A stretch of DNA of 63,885 nt, the filler included, from Olpidium bornovanus S191 (Eukaryota; Fungi; Olpidiomycota), in NCBI GenBank assembly GCA_017911155.1. It is 28 parts of 28 records of this genome, joined end to end, with 100 filler letters (N's around TTAATTAATTAA, not from the genome) between each part and the next. Parts side by side here need not be neighbours in the genome. Positions count along the whole stretch, not along the records: positions 58,685 to 62,754 come from JAEFCI010002121.1; positions 62,855 to 63,885 come from JAEFCI010012906.1; 26 more parts are not named here. The stretch is one strand, 5' to 3'. Numbering within the stretch: the stretch's first letter is position 1; every line of letters starts with the position of its first letter. This document shows, piece after piece, positions 61,678 through 63,885 of the stretch. Both the position numbers and the translations under genes were made by a program. The notes under the pieces were generated by a model, which was not told the origin of the DNA, did not search any database, and saw only the letters and a list, made by a program, of their open reading frames with translations.

Positions 61678-62241
61678 ATGCCCCGCCCCCTCCTCGTCGG
61701 ATCGCTCATGCTCGCTGCGTTGGTCTCGGCCTCTTTCTCGTCACAGTTGGCATTCACTTATGACCACGCAACCTGGGTGTTCACGAACCGGCTAATGGCC
61801 AAGGCCCAGAACCTAGTGGAGCGCACCCATCACCAATTGGCCATGTTGACCGCGTGCTTTTCGGCGCTGAGCTTCGCCACGGCCGACGGCGAGCGCATGG
61901 GATATGGGTTCAACTTGCCGTACCGGGCCGTGGCGGTCGTGCCGGAGCCCGCGCCGATCCCTGATAGCGTCATCCACCAAAACATGGCTGCGGAGAACCG
62001 CGGCCCGACTTCCGACGAAATGGCATCCTTGGCGTGGAACAATGTTCGGTACAAATGCGCTGAGAGCCTGTTAAACACCCTCGTTATAGACTGCACCCCG
62101 TTTGCCGAGGAACCCCCACTGGAGCTCCGGACGAGGTGCAAGGTCGCCTACGACAAAGACTGCCGCATCCTAGTGTCCGACACAGAGTTCGATCCCTCGG
62201 TGCTGTTTGCGGATGACCAGTCTGGAGTCGCTAACTCTTAG
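61678..62241 (+). CDS. Small intronless secreted hypothetical protein (187 aa, 5 Cys)
   Basis: Complete ATG-to-TAG ORF with Kozak GCCGCCATG and signal peptide MPRPLLVGSLMLAALVSA. Confidence 0.75.
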   Translation: MPRPLLVGSLMLAALVSASFSSQLAFTYDHATWVFTNRLMAKAQNLVERTHHQLAMLTACFSALSFATADGERMGYGFNLPYRAVAVVPEPAPIPDSVIHQNMAAENRGPTSDEMASLAWNNVRYKCAESLLNTLVIDCTPFAEEPPLELRTRCKVAYDKDCRILVSDTEFDPSVLFADDQSGVANS

Positions 62242-62265
62242 AGCATTCCCCCCCTTCCGCCTCCC

Positions 62266-62754
62266 TGTCGGAAAGGGGGAGGCTAAGCACTGCGCCCACC
62301 AGTTTTTTCACCCCTGAAGCCCTCCATAAAGTAGCGTAGAATGCATGAAATAAAGCAACTCCCGAGATCTTCTTTTAACCCCAAAACCCTCCAAAATTCC
62401 ACATTTTTTGAGCCCAAACCGTAGAATTCCTGTCAAAGAAGAAGCAACCATGGAGAAGACGGTTGCCGACGCCCGCGGCTCAGCGGCAGGCTACGGCTGT
62501 GTGACAAAACCAGGAGCATGCCAGGAGCACCAGGGATGCCAACACAAAGAAAGACAAACGCAATAGAAACATAAAGTGTTTTAGTTGCAACAAGATGGGA
62601 CACATGGCGAGCGAATGTAAAGTCTCTCGCAGGAAAAAAAAAAAATCAAAAAAGGACGCGTCGGTGGCGAGCACAACCAATAAGGCCAAGATTGAGAAGC
62701 CTGATCTCCAAGTCACGCGCGCGGCTACGGTGGCCAGAAATAAAAATAAAGCAC
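62266..62754 (+). mobile_element. Degenerate short-LTR retroelement (family B): 138-bp LTR, mutated PBS, gag zinc knuckle
   Basis: TGTCG(62266)...CCACA(62403) shares blocks with the LTR at 30453; TTTTTTGAGCCC; CFSCNKMGHMASEC (CX2CX4HX4C) at 62577-62618. Confidence 0.8.
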
Positions 62755-63885
62755 NNNNNNNNNNNNNNNNNNNNNNNNNNNNNNNNNNNNNNNNNNNNTT
62801 AATTAATTAANNNNNNNNNNNNNNNNNNNNNNNNNNNNNNNNNNNNNNNNNNNNCATGTTATATTAATAATGGCATCTAATTACTTGACTAACTAGTGCT
62901 TCACTATGTGCCAATATAGAAACCAGTTATTGTAATGCATTTCTTAAGGAGTGCATAATTTGCAGTGCAGCTAAATTATTAGGCAATAGCAATCATAATA
63001 GTAGCGACTATGAATATATATGGTCGGGGCGGCTCTTGGGGTTCCGACCTTCCGGGATGAGCAGGGTGAGAATGGTACATATGCGCCATAGCATAGCTAT
63101 TCAGTCGGCCATCCGATCGTGTACGTACGTTACCAATTACCGGGGGAGCCTACCCGTTGAAGGGATCTGTGTTCTTCTGCTGGGTCTGTATATTTTAATG
63201 GTTTGCAGCCAGAAATCCCACACACAAACGCCCCCCTTCCACTTCTCTGCATATACGGTATGGATTCTTCTGAAAGACAGTGTAACAGCTACACATAGGG
63301 CTGATTTGTGTAAGGTATTGTACCTTTGACTAGGACACACATATAATTATTGCTTCCACTTTATTGTAGGCTCTAATGACTAGGGTACTATGTTCCGGCA
63401 AAACTAATTCTTGTTGAGAATTAGTTGCCCACCCACCTGGACAAAAACTGCATCTTGGAAAAGAGGTCCAGCAGGTGAGCAACGAGCTTACAAACTTAAT
63501 AGAAGAATTTGATTATCCAGCTTGGGTTTACTTCCTGGTCCATCCATGGTGGTGTGCTGTAGCACGGCCCTCAAACCGCCCGTCGACCGACGCCACGGAA
63601 GGCAGGCGGCGGGCGACGGCGGGCGGCGGACGAGGGGTGACGGGCGAAGGGCGCAGGGCAAAGGGCGAGAGGCGGTCGAAGGGCGGAGGCGGCGGCGGGA
63701 TCGAGGGCAAGATGGCCCCCGAACCTGGGGGTCGACCAATAGAATAGTCCCCCTCGAAACCCGCCAATCGAAGAGCACTTTCCCCCTTCCCCCCTCAAAG
63801 TCCGCCAATCGAAGAGCTTCCCCCCTTGCCCCCTTCCCCCCCAGCGCCACACGTGGGAACTCCTGCCAACCAGAACCTCGCCGAC

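Overview
This is not one continuous locus. It is 28 short contigs (about 1-4 kb) joined by 27 artificial 100-bp linkers (44 N + TTAATTAATTAA + 44 N), so neighbourhood across linkers means nothing. The DNA is GC-rich, intron-rich eukaryotic sequence with many homopolymer runs. The gene set is fungal (Het-C, CHS7, VTC4, STR2, PFA3, KEX1-like) but also includes cilium-associated genes (DNAJB13-like, TBC1D19-like) and a WASP that retains a GBD helix. This points to a zoosporic early-diverging fungus, possibly Olpidium-like (inference). Most genes are partial: SF3B1, ISWI, ABCC, NAD kinase, BET5, DBP8, HAL/NPR-type kinase, M17 aminopeptidase, plus one tRNA-His(GTG). Accessory content is the most interesting part. 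(1) A decayed Fanzor2 (TnpB-like RNA-guided nuclease) gene at about 6231-7040 (-) retains recognisable RuvC-I/II/III motifs and has a candidate omega-RNA region. (2) Five copies of LTR retroelements have very short LTRs (about 120-155 bp) and a Ty5/copia-type half-tRNA-iMet primer site (GGTTATGAGCCC). One carries a gypsy-like capsid motif, and two are inserted inside other retrotransposons. (3) There are Harbinger, pogo, gypsy, chromovirus and copia remnants, several lineage-specific secreted proteins, and a satellite built from palindromic hexamers. Twenty of 55 contig ends are exactly CATG, and one gene is fused to foreign sequence at a CATG, indicating a library or assembly artefact that affects interpretation. 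All family calls come from motif recognition by eye; no searches were run.
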